From Callorhinchus milii (taxonomy: Eukaryota), in NCBI RefSeq assembly GCF_018977255.1, contig NW_024704743.1, positions 80,602,001-80,666,000 on the forward strand: 64,000 nucleotides of DNA, given 5' to 3'. Positions within the stretch are counted from its first letter, which is position 1, and each line of letters starts with the position of its first letter. Under the pieces are notes generated by a model. That model searched no databases. It saw only the letters and a list, made by a program, of their open reading frames with translations, and was not told where the DNA came from. The translations under genes were made by a program, and so were the position numbers. Of the stretch, positions 12,298 through 24,380 are shown one piece after another.

Positions 12298-12601
12298 GCA
12301 CAGAATATACTGTAAAGTGAATTGACTGTATATTTTGTGGGTGAAACGTGCAGTTAATTGCACACAGCAGTGTCCCACAAACTGTTGTGGATTGAGTGAC
12401 CAAATTATTATTGTTTTTGAAAGGATTATTACCCCTGGAAAGTGATCTGCCAATCAACTAACAACCGCGTTCCTGCTTACTGCTAGGTAAACAGTCGTGT
12501 GGAGTAAGGAAACTTGCCGAAGGTTTCGCCCTGCCCAGGAATCAGACCCAGGTCCTCTCGCTTGCAAGGCAAGTGCTCGAACCAATACGTTAGAGGACTC
12601 C
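12298..12601 (-). mobile_element. tRNA-derived SINE variant (longer central segment), tail truncated
   Basis: Head and core match the family. The extra segment GATCTGCCAATCAACTAACAA...CTTACTGCTAGGTAAACAG is shared with the 23330 copy. Confidence 0.85.
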
Positions 12602-13074
12602 CATCCCAAGCTTTATGATGATGTAAAAATGTAGCTGATGTTAGTCCTCGGGATCATATCAAAGACCTTTTTGGTCTGTCTGACTCAGTGCACTTAACAG
12701 TTGAGCGACAGCCCTTAACCTTCAATAAACAGAGTGCCTATATTTGGTGAAGCATGAGTATTGCTCTTATAAATAATGTTGTAAGCGAATAACTCAGAAA
12801 GTAGTGGTTGGAGAATCCAACACTGCTTGATCTATATTTAAGTTTCATGAGAGGTTTATTTTTACTGCAGTTTTGAGTACATGAAACAATCTGCTTCAAG
12901 CTTTGAAGATTAACAGAGCTGTTTCATCAACTCCAGCAGTGAGTCACGCTGACTGAGGCTACAATTTATCAATTGCACTTTAGGTAGTTAATACTTTTAC
13001 TTGGATTTTACTATATACAATTTACAAAGAATATGCAGAAGTGAAAAAACATGTATCTAAAAAGATAACATTTA

Positions 13075-13570
13075 GCTCCCAGTGTCCCAGTGGGTAAAAC
13101 ATCCTGGTGAGGTAATAAGTAAAAATAGTAAATTGCAGTAAATATTTAGTTGCTTTCACTTATATGTTTCAAAGGGCTTTACAAAATACAACTGAGTTAT
13201 ACAAAGCAGGAGAATCCCAGGTTAGATCTTTCGTTACTGATGGCTTAGCTAGGGTAGCAGTGAGGCACTGGACCTAGTGACAGGGTGCTGAACGTGAACT
13301 TCCCTGGAGCAGGGAAGGCGTAAAGCCATTTAAGATGCCTTCTCCTGGTCATTATCCAGTGATCCACTGGAGGAGCATGTATTCCTACCAATGTTGGGTG
13401 AGCAATGGAATGAGTTCAGATTTGATCCTGCCTCCCACCCCCCCACAGTCTGTGAGCACACAATTTCTAATCACGTGAAGAATGATCACTTGGGCAAAGT
13501 CCTGGAGAATGGCCAATGTCTATAGAACCACAAATCAGCAGCACACATAAGCTTCAGGAAAGGAGGGGGT
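13075..13570 (+). mobile_element. Ancient SINE-like repeat of a second, unclassified family
   Basis: Shares motifs (CACGTGAAGAATGxxCACTTGGGC, GGAACCxxxxCCCAG, GGGTGAGxxxxGG) with degraded copies at ~11670-11790, 28385-28500 and 51510-51850. Confidence 0.5.
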
Positions 13571-14542
13571 ATAAATCTGATAAATCTGTGCGTAAGAAAA
13601 GCAAAATTGAAGTACTGTTTCCCATTAAAATCTAATAACAGCTATAATGTGTCAGCAGGCCGCAAGCAGTTTTATTTGAGAAGTGATGAGGTTTTACTTC
13701 TTTTACTTCTATAATTTCAGATCAAGTGAAAATAGGTAATAATATGTATAACTGTTCCTTTTGTTTTCAAATGTTCGGATTGTTTCCCCTTTCCTGGAGA
13801 TAGATACTAATTTATGCCGAGTACATTTCCAAAGACGTGTGTCTGTTTAGGTGGTCCATGGCACGATTCAAAAAGAGAATTTTCTCCTGACCATCAAAAC
13901 CCCAGATACAATTGGTCATTCACTTCCTGATTGTTTTTGGGACATTACTGTGCACAAATTGTGTAGCTGGGTTTCACCTACAAAATACACCATCCCTACA
14001 GTACCCAGTAAATCCTTTGAAGTGACTGGAGTTTTCCTAATGTGAAAGTTGCTATATCAAATGCAAGAATTATTACTGTTATTATTATTAGCTCATTCAT
14101 TTCCAAATCTGGGGATTGTCTTTCCTTTCCCCCTCCAAAACACTTCCTTTTCGTGGCTCATGTGTGGGTGTACACTGAGTGATTTTTGCCTTAGGCCCCA
14201 ACTCTTAAACTGGATTTATGGTGTGCACTCTAAAGTGAGTGAACACAAACACAATTTCTGTGCTTAGCCTGATTACATCCCTGCACAAGAGCCTAGTGTA
14301 TGTGCATCAACAAGCTAACTGAATGTAGAGGGGAATCTATTGGTGATTCCTCAGCCAATATGTGCACACACACTACATTAGCAGGGAGTCTTTTATACAG
14401 TAACTACTGCATCATAAAAAGGAACTCTAGCTGATTTCCCCCTCTCTGGCTTTTGGGAAGGGAGATAGGGGAGTTTAAGGCCAATTGCATTGCTTTTACT
14501 GTCACCACAGATGAGATAAACAAACCTAGCACAGACTGGAAT

Positions 14543-14749
14543 AAAACACAAAATACTGCAGATGCTGGAAATCAGAAACAAAAATAGAGATCGCTGGTAA
14601 ACACTCAGCAGGTCAGGCAGCATTTATGGACCCTTCGTCAGAATGAAGGGTTCTGACGAAGGGTCATGGACCCAAAATGTTGACCCACTTTCCTTGTTCC
14701 ATAGATGCTGCCTGACCTGCTGAGTGTCCCCAGCGATCTCTGTTTTTGT
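14543..14749. mobile_element. Penelope-like element terminal-repeat palindrome
   Basis: AAAACACAAAATACTGCAGATGCTGGAAAT...CACTCAGCAGGTCAGGCAGCAT followed by its reverse complement. Same family as 51079-51465; carries a hammerhead-like core. Confidence 0.75.
14648..14686 (+). ncRNA. Minimal type-I hammerhead ribozyme motif, core mutated (probably inactive)
   Basis: GGGTT-CTGACGA-A-GGGTC/ATG/GACCC-AAAA-TGT-T-GACCC. Stems I and II pair, but CGAAACG has decayed to CAAAATG. Confidence 0.55.
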
Positions 14750-15480
14750 ACCACAGACCACAGATTGCTGAAGCCTTTTAAAAAGTATTATTGTCAGCTT
14801 AACATTGAAAAATAAACTCCGAGCACAAAATGGACGACCTCTGCTGCAATATGCTTGCAAATACATTTTAAATATTGTAGTGTTTTTAGTGTGCAGCTGG
14901 AATGTGGATTTTTAAATATAGTTTTCATGTGGAATTAAATAAAACAACCCGACAAAAGCAAGCTGTCTGAAGATTCATGCATAGAAAAGAGCCTAAAATA
15001 GTCATAGCTGCAGACTATGTGGTTGATATTGTAACCAATGATGATTTATGGTGGTTGTTCTAATTAGCAGAAGCCTATCTGCCTACACGGATGTGATCAT
15101 CAGGCTTATTTTATTCTTGCGTGACACAAATGTTACAAAATGACATAGAGTCTGCTCGATAATCAATGGATACAGTAGTTAAAAATGTCACATGGTGAGT
15201 TAGAAATGTAAAAAATTCACCTTTAAAATTATTTTGCACCTGACTAAACTGAGTGTTCAGGGAGTGGGGGATAATTTAAAAATGCTGTAAGCCTTTCAGT
15301 TTGGTAATGTGGAGCAGTGCCAATAACTAATCTTTTACTTGTCTCGGTTTCCTACTGCTGTAAAATTAAGGGGCCAATGTTACTGATGTATGTGTGTTTA
15401 ATTCATCCTTTAACCTTCCAGCAATGTGAAAATATATTTCAACAGAGCACAGAGAGGCTGAGGAATCAAAGTGCTCAGTA

Positions 15481-16690
15481 TCATAGAATAATAGAATCAT
15501 AGAATTCTACAGCACAGAAAGAGGCCATTCGGCCCATCATGTCTCTGCCGGATCTTTGAAAAGAACTGTTCAAATCAATTCCACTCCCCCACTCTCTCCC
15601 CGTAGCCCTGCAAAGTTGTCCTCCCTAAGTAATTATTTACTTGTCTCTAAAATGTAGTTATAGAGTTGGCTTCCATCACCCTTTTGGGCAGTGCATTCCA
15701 GATCCGAACAACTCGCTTTGTGAAAAAATTTCTCTTCACCTACCCTCTATTTTTTTTAACAACTATTTGAAATCTGTGTCCTCTGGTTACCGACCTACCC
15801 ACCAGTGGAAATAGTTTCTCCTTGTTCATCCTATTGAATCCCCTCATAATTTTGAAAACTTCTATTAAATCTCCACTTAACCTTCTCCGCTCCAAGAAGA
15901 ATAATCCTGGCTTCACTAGCCTCTCCTGATAACTGAAGTCCTTCATCCTCCTCACTGTTTACTACTTTTTCCAGCTTAGAATCATCTGCAAACTTGGAAA
16001 TTGTACTCCCTATATCCAAGTCCAGGTCATTTATATAGATCAAAAACAGCAGTGGTCCCAATACTGACCCTTGGGGGACACCACTGAACACTTCTCTCCA
16101 GTCAGAAAAACAGCCGTTCACCACCACTCTCTGCTTTCTGTCCTCCAGTCAGTTCTGTATCCATGCTGCCATGTTCCTTTAATACTGTGGACTTCTATTT
16201 TGCTTACAAGTCTCTTATGTGGTACTTTATCAAACGCCTTTTGGAAATCCATATAAACTACATCAACTGCACCACCTTCATCCATCCTCTCCATTACTTC
16301 ACCAAAAAACTCTTTATCAAGTTTCTTAGACATGATTTGCCTTTAACAAATCCATGTTGGATGTCCATTATTAACCCATATTTTTCTAAGTGAAAATTTA
16401 TTTTGTCCCGGATTATAGTCTCTAGAAGTTTCCCCACTACTGACGTTAGGCTGACTGGCCTGTAGTCCCCGGGTTTATCTATTTCCCCCTTTTTGTACAG
16501 GGGAGTAACATTTGGAACCCTCCATTCCTCTGGCACTACTCCAGTGTCCAAGGAGGATTGAAAGATTGTGGCCAGAGCCTCCGCTATTTCCACCCTTACT
16601 TCCCTCTATGATGCATCCCGTCCGGACCTGTTGAGTTATCTGCCTTGAGCACCATCAGCCTTTTTAGTACCCCTCTCTGTTTATTTTTAT
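15481..16690 (-). mobile_element. CR1 LINE 3' fragment, frameshifted ORF2 reverse transcriptase
   Basis: ORF-track peptides [60 protein letters not shown]...[26 protein letters not shown]; (TTCTATGA)-type tail near 15481-15510. Confidence 0.95.
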
Positions 16691-16739
16691 CCTATAAAAG
16701 CATTGTCCCAATGTGAGTGTAGGTAAAGTTACTGACCGA

Positions 16740-17330
16740 CATGTGTTAGCTTCACTCATTTGGTAACATTCTGTCTCTGGGTCGGATGGTTATGGGTTTA
16801 AGGTTTACATGGGGTCTTGAATTTATAGTCTAGGCCAGAGTGCTCCCACTGGCTGCCTGTGGCCCGGGGTGATTCCATGTTGCCCACAAACCATTTCCAA
16901 CTTCATTGCCTGATGGGCACATCCAGACAACACACAGGTTCTGAGCCAATCAGGAGAAGGTCACCGGGCGCTCAGGCCGGGCCTGGTAACGGCATTGGCC
17001 AATCAGGATAAAATATTACTTGCGCTGCCTGAGGCAGTTTCTCAAATCCGGCCATCAGCAGCCCAGAGGTCAGGCCACCCTGGTCCAGGCTGACACTTCA
17101 GTGCAGTGCTCGGGGAGTACTGCCTCGTTAAAAGTGCCAATTTTTACTACAGACATTAACCTACAGACTCGTCTGCCATAACTCCAGGTGGACGTTAAAG
17201 GTCTTGCTTTGCAATTCCAAGCGAGTACAGGAGTCCTGGCCAACACTCCTTCAGATTAATTGATCATTATTTGAAATCTGTGGGTCCCTGATGGTGCGCT
17301 TGGCTGCCAAGTTTGCTTACAAAAACACTC
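16740..17330 (+). mobile_element. Old Deu-core SINE interrupted by a hAT MITE
   Basis: Head at ~16745; the body resumes at 17083 (GGCTGACACTTCAGTGCAGTGCT...CAGGTGGACGTTAAAG). Confidence 0.7.
16836..17082. mobile_element. Non-autonomous hAT (Charlie-like) MITE, ~247 bp
   Basis: 8-bp TSD GTCTAGGC (16828-35) / GTCCAGGC (17083-90); imperfect TIR CAGAGTG...CACCCTG; splits a SINE cleanly. Confidence 0.75.
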
Positions 17331-17539
17331 ATGACAGTAGTTTTGCCATGAAAAGGTACTTTCTTTAAAGTATGAAAATTAGTTATTTTCATCAATTCCC
17401 AAAATTTTAAACTGAGCACTACTTCATCAGAAACAGGAAAGTTACTGTGAGAGGAAGCTTGATTCAGTTTCACTTTTCCTTAACCACATTGCTCTGCATT
17501 CATTGTGAAGATTCTCCATATTATAATAATTTAACAACA

Positions 17540-17960
17540 ATTATAATCCTTGCATTTAATATTCTGCCTTTTCACATTGTAGAGTCCTCTCAAAGCACTT
17601 CACAGGATAGAGTGTAAAGTGTAGTGACTGTGTATTAATGTAGACAAATCTGCCAAATAATTTGCATACAGCATTGTCCCACAAACAGTTGAAGTGGATG
17701 ACTAATTAATCTCAAGGATTGTTGGCCAGAACAACAGGAGAAAGTTCCTCCTCGTTTTAAATAGTGCCATGGGATCTTTAACATCCAGCTGAACAGGTAG
17801 ACAATTTAACGTATCATCCAAAGGACAATATCTCCGACAATGCAAGGCGTCCCCAGCAGTGCATTGGAGTATCAGTCGAGGCTGTGAGTTCCAAGTTCTT
17901 GTACCAACAAGCTTCAGACTCAGAGACAAGAGTGCTACAGACTGAGTCAGGCTGAAACTA
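17540..17960 (-). mobile_element. Old Deu-core SINE, near full length
   Basis: Tail at left (ATCCTTGCATTT), core CATTGTCCCACAAACAG, head at right (GACTCAGAGACAAGAGTGCTAC...CTGAGTCAGGCTGA). Confidence 0.8.
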
Positions 17961-18571
17961 ATTTACAGCATTTCTAATTATAGCAAAATTCACAAGGTAG
18001 AGTGGATACATACTTACTTTTGGCATAAACCCAGTTACTAAATTCTCTAAAAGGATTTCATATTTTCTATTTGGGATTAACCTGAATAAAAATTGCATTT
18101 GAAACAATTATAGCATTAATGTATCTTGTATAAGTAATTGCGTTATGATAAAGTATTAACATACCAGGCCAGCAAGGTCAAAGCACCCTTTAAGAATTAC
18201 AGCAACCAGAAAGCAACTCTGCTTCATTACCTAAAATGGTTATATGAGGCAACAGTAACATTTTAAAAAATACTATCAGAAAGTATTTGTGGACCTTTTC
18301 CCAATAGCTGATTTGATAAATGCACTGCTTGGTAAGTAATTAAGCCATACCAGGACAGCTCTGTGCTGAATTTCTCATTGTTAACGGCTGGCATTTTTGC
18401 TGCTGATCACAATTCAGTGACCCACATGGAATCCAGCGAAATTCCATGTGTACGAATCTCAGTTGAGTGCAATGATAAAACAAGGCTGTGACACCTGCTA
18501 ATTTAACAGCCTGCTGAAGCTCATGGCTTACCTCACCAATGATGAATGGATACAGGAGGTATGCTTCCTTC

Positions 18572-18840
18572 AGATACGGGCCTTCAGCCTCTCTGTCCCC
18601 GCCCTCTGGAACTCCATCCGACAGTCCCTCCGCCATGCTCCCTCCCTTGCCTCCTTGAAGACCTGTCTCAAGACCCTCCTCTTTGACTGTACCTTCAGTC
18701 ACTCTCCTACCCCTATCCTCCCTGCTCTCCATCCCTCCTGATCCCAACCACCAGCTCGGGTGCAGATTCCTGACAATCCAGTGCCTTGGGACGTCCTCCT
18801 GATGTGAAAGGCGCTATACAAATTTAATTTGTTGTTGTTG
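18572..18840 (+). mobile_element. L2 LINE 3' fragment
   Basis: RAFSLSVPALWNSI...LKTLLFD (L2 ORF2 C-terminus), then CCTTGGGACGTCCTCCTGATGTGAAAGGCGCTATACAAAT and (TTG)n. Confidence 0.9.
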
Positions 18841-19254
18841 CCTCTGTTTGAGGAACCATACCATCAAATGTTCTTTCCACGCCAATTTATTTTCTTCTTG
18901 AATTTACCTACCACCACCTCTCTTGAAGCCATTCCATTCCTCTTTCCTGCTGGAGTATGGTTCCATATGTGTCATGACATGGTCTTTTGGTAAGCCAGGA
19001 CTCTGATAAGATGTGGAAACCGATATACAAATGTAACAATTTGCATTGATACAGTGTCCATCATTTGGTTACCATCTTAAAGCTCTATGCAAAGAATATT
19101 TTGTATGCTAAGTAGGGACGGGAAAAGGGGGAGGTGAGTAAAGGCATGGCTTAGGAGGTTTCAAGGTGGGATATAGGGGGAAAGATGGGTGGAGGAGGGT
19201 AGAAGGAGGTAGTTCGAGAGGTAGTCCACTTGACATGAAGAGGGCGGTGGATAA

Positions 19255-19420
19255 TATAATAATAATCCTTGCATTTGATATAGCCCCTTATCACGTCTTC
19301 GAGACATCTCAAAGCGCTTCACAGAATATACTGTAAAGTAAGTTGGCTGTATATTTTGTGGGTGAAATGTGGCAGCCGATTGTGCACAGCAGTGTCCCAC
19401 AAACAGTCATGGATTGAGTG
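19255..19420 (-). mobile_element. SINE 3' half
   Basis: Tail and core of the SINE family on the minus strand. Confidence 0.85.
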
Positions 19421-19614
19421 AACATTAAGTCTGAGTTAGTTGAGGCCAGTGGACCTGAGTAGAAGATCAGAGCTAAGGCAGTACTAGGGTGTGGAGGAAT
19501 TTGTGGGGATTTATAGCCCTAAGGTATGCAGGTGTTGCAAGTGTGCATGGCACTTATGCATGGAAATTTCCTTGTGTCTGGAATGAAATACTTTCTCCCT
19601 GTAGGGACACACCA

Positions 19615-19857
19615 AGGGTGAAAGTTTGGGCAGGTTTCCTTACTCCACATGTCTAATAATAATCTCTCCAAAAAACAAAACAATAATAAATTGATCATTT
19701 TCAATCCACGACTGTTTGTAGGACACTGCTGTGCGCAATTGGCTGCCGCGTTTTGCCCACAAATATACAGTCAATTCACTTTACAGTATATTCTGTGAAG
19801 CGCTTTGAGACATCGAGAAGATGTGAAAGCGCTATATCAAATGCAAGGATTATTATA
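19615..19857 (+). mobile_element. Young SINE, 5'-truncated
   Basis: TTGGGCAGGTTTCCTTACTCCACA...core...GAGACATCGAGAAGATGTGAAAGCGCTATATCAAATGCAAGG. Confidence 0.9.
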
Positions 19858-20319
19858 TTTACCAAATTCCTGACAGTATTAGACTTATGTTGGCAAGACT
19901 TGAGGACACCAGAGTATGCATCGGAGTACTATTGGGAATTTTACCAGTTAAAACATACAGATTGCCATTGAGAGCACTGTCTAGCAAGCTTCCTGTTGCT
20001 TGTCGAATTAAGAACACCCTATTCATCAGTGCTTTGCCTTGAAGGATTAACAGGAACTGAATGGGAAGAATCCCTGTCCCAAATGACCAGTCTATCCCTC
20101 CAAGTCCCGCCAATGAACCAAGATGGCTTGTATGTAATCAGCAGTTTCTTGGAGTACTGTGCCTCTCTTCTCTTACCTCGCCATGTACCAATCAAATTGA
20201 TATCAAACACTGAATAAATGAAGGTGTGTTCACGAAGCCAGACCCCAGATAGTGCTTGTTCTCCAGATGCTGTCATCTCAAGCCTCAGAATTTCCTCATC
20301 AGATATTTAACGGACTTTG

Positions 20320-20750
20320 TGTGTCAGGTTGGCTCAGTTCATAGTACACTTATCTCTGTGTCAGAAGGTTGTGGGTTGAAGCTGCTCGGTGGGACTTTGA
20401 ATTCAAATATAGTCTAAGCTGACATTAAAGTGCAGTCTTTGGGGCTGGGGGAGTGCTACATTGATGAAGGTATCAATGCTTTGTATGAGTTGTTAAACTG
20501 AGATCCCATTTGGTTGTTCAGGTGGACATTAAAGATCCCAGGGCACTATTCAAAAAAAGTAGGGAATTTCTTCTGGTGTCCTGACCAACAACTCTAAATT
20601 GTTCATTCACTTCATAGCTGTTGGAGGATATTGCTGTACGCAAATTGACCTTGGTGTTCACCTACAGAATACAGTTACTACACTTTAAAATGTATCCTGT
20701 GAAGCACTTTAATGTGAAGGGCGCTATGCCAATTACAATAATGATTATTT
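20320..20750 (+). mobile_element. Old Deu-core SINE, near full length
   Basis: GTGTCAGGTTGGCTCAG head, GTTCAGGTGGACATTAAAGATCCCA body, degraded tail. Confidence 0.8.
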
Positions 20751-23329
20751 TTATCTGCCATATGGCATGTTCCAATTGTCAAGCCTTAGCAGTGAACGTT
20801 GGCATGCTGTTCAAACAGCCAAGCCTGTACCTTTAAGTTCTTATGTGGCATCCATGTTTGAGCACTTTCCATCAGGGATCTCTTGATTCCTATTCAGCCC
20901 TCCTCCCCCAGCTGAGGTCTGATTTCATCAAACACCACTTTGTCTGTATGACTTAATACTACCGGATGTGCTTATTTTAATCCACTTGGCCATCAAGTTA
21001 CTATTTTTAATTTCAAAAAACGGCTAAGCAGAAAAAAAGAGAAAGCAAAAAAAAATTCTAAGCAGATTTAATTGTTAGAAATGCCAGGAACTTTGCCACA
21101 GCAGCTGGTTGGTGTAAACTTGCACTGTTGCAGGTAATCCATTTATAGTGTTGTAACATGTTCCCTGTTGCTATTGTTTTTCTTTTTATAAAACATTGCA
21201 TAAAAGATTTTCAGGCTCACTTGGTCCAAAATGAGACACCATTACATTTGATGCAAGTGGGGCTGGTAGCAAACTAAAACCCATAGTTAAAGCAATCAGA
21301 ATGAGTTTGATGATCAAGTGTTGTGAACCAATTGGAATTAAAATTAAGTCAGACAAGTGCCATTCAGATATCGCACACTGTTGAGTTATGTAAGAATGAT
21401 TCCAGTTTTTACATACTGTAACCAGCTTTCAGTTTAAGATCATTCGTTTTCACACTGCACAGATGAAAATAGAACTAAGGTCATTTTGAAAAATAATATT
21501 TTTAAATGGCATCTCAGCAGGGCAGTCGCTGACATCCTGAGAAACAGAAATATAGGACATGAGGTTTGAGCCAGCATTCACTGCTCAGCAAGTTTCCGCG
21601 GTCTGAACTGTTTGGGGCTGTGCAAAGTAAAACTGCAGAGAGAGAGGAAGGAGTGACCCAAGAGACTCACAGATACCCTCCACCACCTAGTTAGGAATCT
21701 CTATTAGTAACATAGATAACTTAGTAACTATGTTACTGACAGATGTAACATCTGCCCTCTAAGTCAATAATAAGTGGAATTTTATAGAAAGGAAAATACT
21801 CTATTCCCTTCTCCCTCATGTACTTGATCTAAATCCCCAGCATGGTATGATAAGTCTTTATTCTTTGTTGGTTGCAAGGACCATAAATTAAATACGTTTG
21901 AACAGTCTTAATATGATACACCTACAAATGCAATCACTCCACTTCACAGTAAATACTATTTTGTTGGCGTCTTGGTGACATGATAAGGTGCTCAATCGAA
22001 TGCAATAATTCTTGTGGGGTACAAGCTCACTACACAAACGGCCCATAATTTGTTTCAAGTTTCAGACTTCATGAGAAACCACTGAACGGCCAGCGTGGGA
22101 TGTGCTAAATGTCACATCGTGCAATTTGGTCCTTTTTCTAAATTTGGGACTGAGTCATTAATTGAACAGAGTAGAGGTAGCTTTATTCTGATCTAATCTG
22201 TCACGGGAGTACTTAATGCTGAGACAGCGTGTTCAAAATGCGTGTTCAATTTTTCAACATTAACGTATCTGTTTTGCACAATCACAGAATATCAAAATAA
22301 GATTCTAAAAATCCTCAGTGATCAATACTAGAGTGCATTGTGTTGTGACACGCACTTACAGTTGCTACGGTAAGGCAAGGTTTCCTGGACTACTGTAGGA
22401 AAGGTACTGTGCCCTTTCAGCATATAAATCTTGCAGTGCCTCCTATGAAGCCAATTCAAGAGCAACAGTGACTGAGACTTTGAACAAATCACTTGCCCTC
22501 CTGTACATATTGGCACAGGAGAACTTAAAGTGCTGGAGATTTAATTTAATGGGGTTGAGTTGAAGTTATCAACCCGAGAATATGAAAGCCATCTATTTTG
22601 TTCCTCGATCCATGTGACCAAGACAAAGCCTGGGTCGGGAATTTTGACTATGCCACTCTAAACTGGATGATGTGAATCATTCAACAGCAGCTTAAGGTTA
22701 AATCCCTTCTGAATTTTCTTCCCCACAGCAGAGATCATGAATTCAGTTGCATGATCAAATCTACATCCTGCAAACACCACAGCATGGTATCATCCACCTA
22801 CAGACTCAACCTTTATTCTTTGTGAATGACACATAAAGGATGCAAAGAAAAATGTGCAATGTTTTAATACAGTAGAGGTCGATAGTTGTTTTCTTTCATA
22901 GGTCCAAAGAACTGACAGCATCAAACATATTCAAGAATAGCAGTAATGCTTGTTCATCTCAATATAAATAGAAACACTCACCTCAAAGAGATTACAGAAT
23001 GTCAACTTTTATTTCAAGCAAAATTCCCCAATGATAAATATATATATTAAGTCTTGTTGTTTCCTGTATTGACAATTGTTGGATATATCAACTTACAGCT
23101 TCCTGCTCTAAACTGACAAGTCTAATAAAGACTTCAGGGTATATGTGATTAAGTGTGCAGCCTACTATGTAATCTGAGTTAATTTATGATGCATTACAAT
23201 ATGTTAAATCAGGAGTTTTCAGTAAAATTTTGATATTTAGTAGGTAAGTGGGCAAATCTGGTCTTTAGACTTCACATTTCTGTATTTGATTTACATTTAA
23301 ATACTTTTAAAATATATTCTGTATATTCA

Positions 23330-23672
23330 AGATAATAAGAATCCTTGCATTTGATACAGCGCCTTATTACATCTTTGAGGCGTCTCAAAGCACTTCACAG
23401 AATATACTGTAAAGTGAATGAACTGTATATTTTGTGGGTGAAATGCAGCAGTCAATTGCACACAGAAGTATCCCACAAACAGTCGTGCATTGAGTGACCA
23501 ATTTATTATTTTTTTTAAAAAAGAAAATATTATCCCTGGACTAACGATCTGCCAATCGACTAACAATAGGGTTCCTACTTACTGCTAGGTAAACAGAGGC
23601 ATGTGGAGTAAGGAAACTTGCCCAACTTTTCGCCCTGCCGGGAATCAAACCCATGTCTCTTGTTTGTAAGGC
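23330..23672 (-). mobile_element. tRNA-derived SINE variant (long central segment)
   Basis: Tail, core and partial head on the minus strand; head-to-head with the next copy. Confidence 0.88.
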
Positions 23673-23687
23673 TGCAAGTTGCCATGT

Positions 23688-24000
23688 GGAGTCCTGTAGC
23701 TCAGTGGTTAGAGCACTCGCTTTGCAAGCGAGAGACCTGAGTTCAATTCCAGACAGGGCGAAACCTTGGGCAAGTTTCCTTACTCCACACAGAGCCTAAT
23801 AATAATCCCTCCAAAATCAGAAATAATAAATTGGTCATTTTCAATCTACGACTGTTTGTGGGACATTGCTGTGCGCAATTGGCTGCCGCGTTCGCCCACA
23901 AATATACAGTCAATTCACTTTACAGTGTGTTCTGTGAAGCGCTTTGGGACGTCCTCCCGACGTGAAAAGCGCTATATCAAATGCAAGGATTATTATTATT
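23688..24000 (+). mobile_element. Young tRNA(Ala)-derived SINE, full length (CTCCC-loop subfamily)
   Basis: A box TAGCTCAGTGG, B box GTTCAATTCC, core, tail GGGACGTCCTCCCGACGTGAAAAGCGCTATATC. Confidence 0.95.
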
Positions 24001-24374
24001 AAAACAAAGAGAAATATGTTTGGCTTCAATTTACAAATGGGAAACAATAACTTTAGCTAATAGGAGTACTGGCATGCTAAAAAAATTAGAGCAAGAGAGC
24101 CTCAAATATTTTCCCTACTTTTATTACTGAGCAAAAATATGAGTGTCAATAAGTGCCATGAATTGGAAGAACATATACAATGTTTTGACAGCAAACTCTT
24201 GAACGTCTCATAATAACACCCACTCACTTAATATCCCACATAGCTGCTTCTGATTCCTATATGCTTCAACATAACTAATGTCAATAGCAACTTGCATCAA
24301 GTACAATATGTTAAGATGCTACCCTATGATTCCTTACAGATAAATCAATAAGCAAACCAATAAACCAAGCAATT

Positions 24375-24380
24375 TTTATT
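24375..24380 (-). promoter_or_regulatory. NSMCE2: Candidate NSMCE2 polyadenylation signal
   Basis: AATAAA on the minus strand ~570 nt after the stop, followed by GU/U-rich TTGCTTGGTTTATTGGTTTGC. Confidence 0.55.

Noticed and set aside
2056..24300. TRIB1 exons expected downstream of NSMCE2 from human synteny
   Set aside because: No tribbles pseudokinase peptide was recognised; the gene is probably beyond the left edge if synteny holds.
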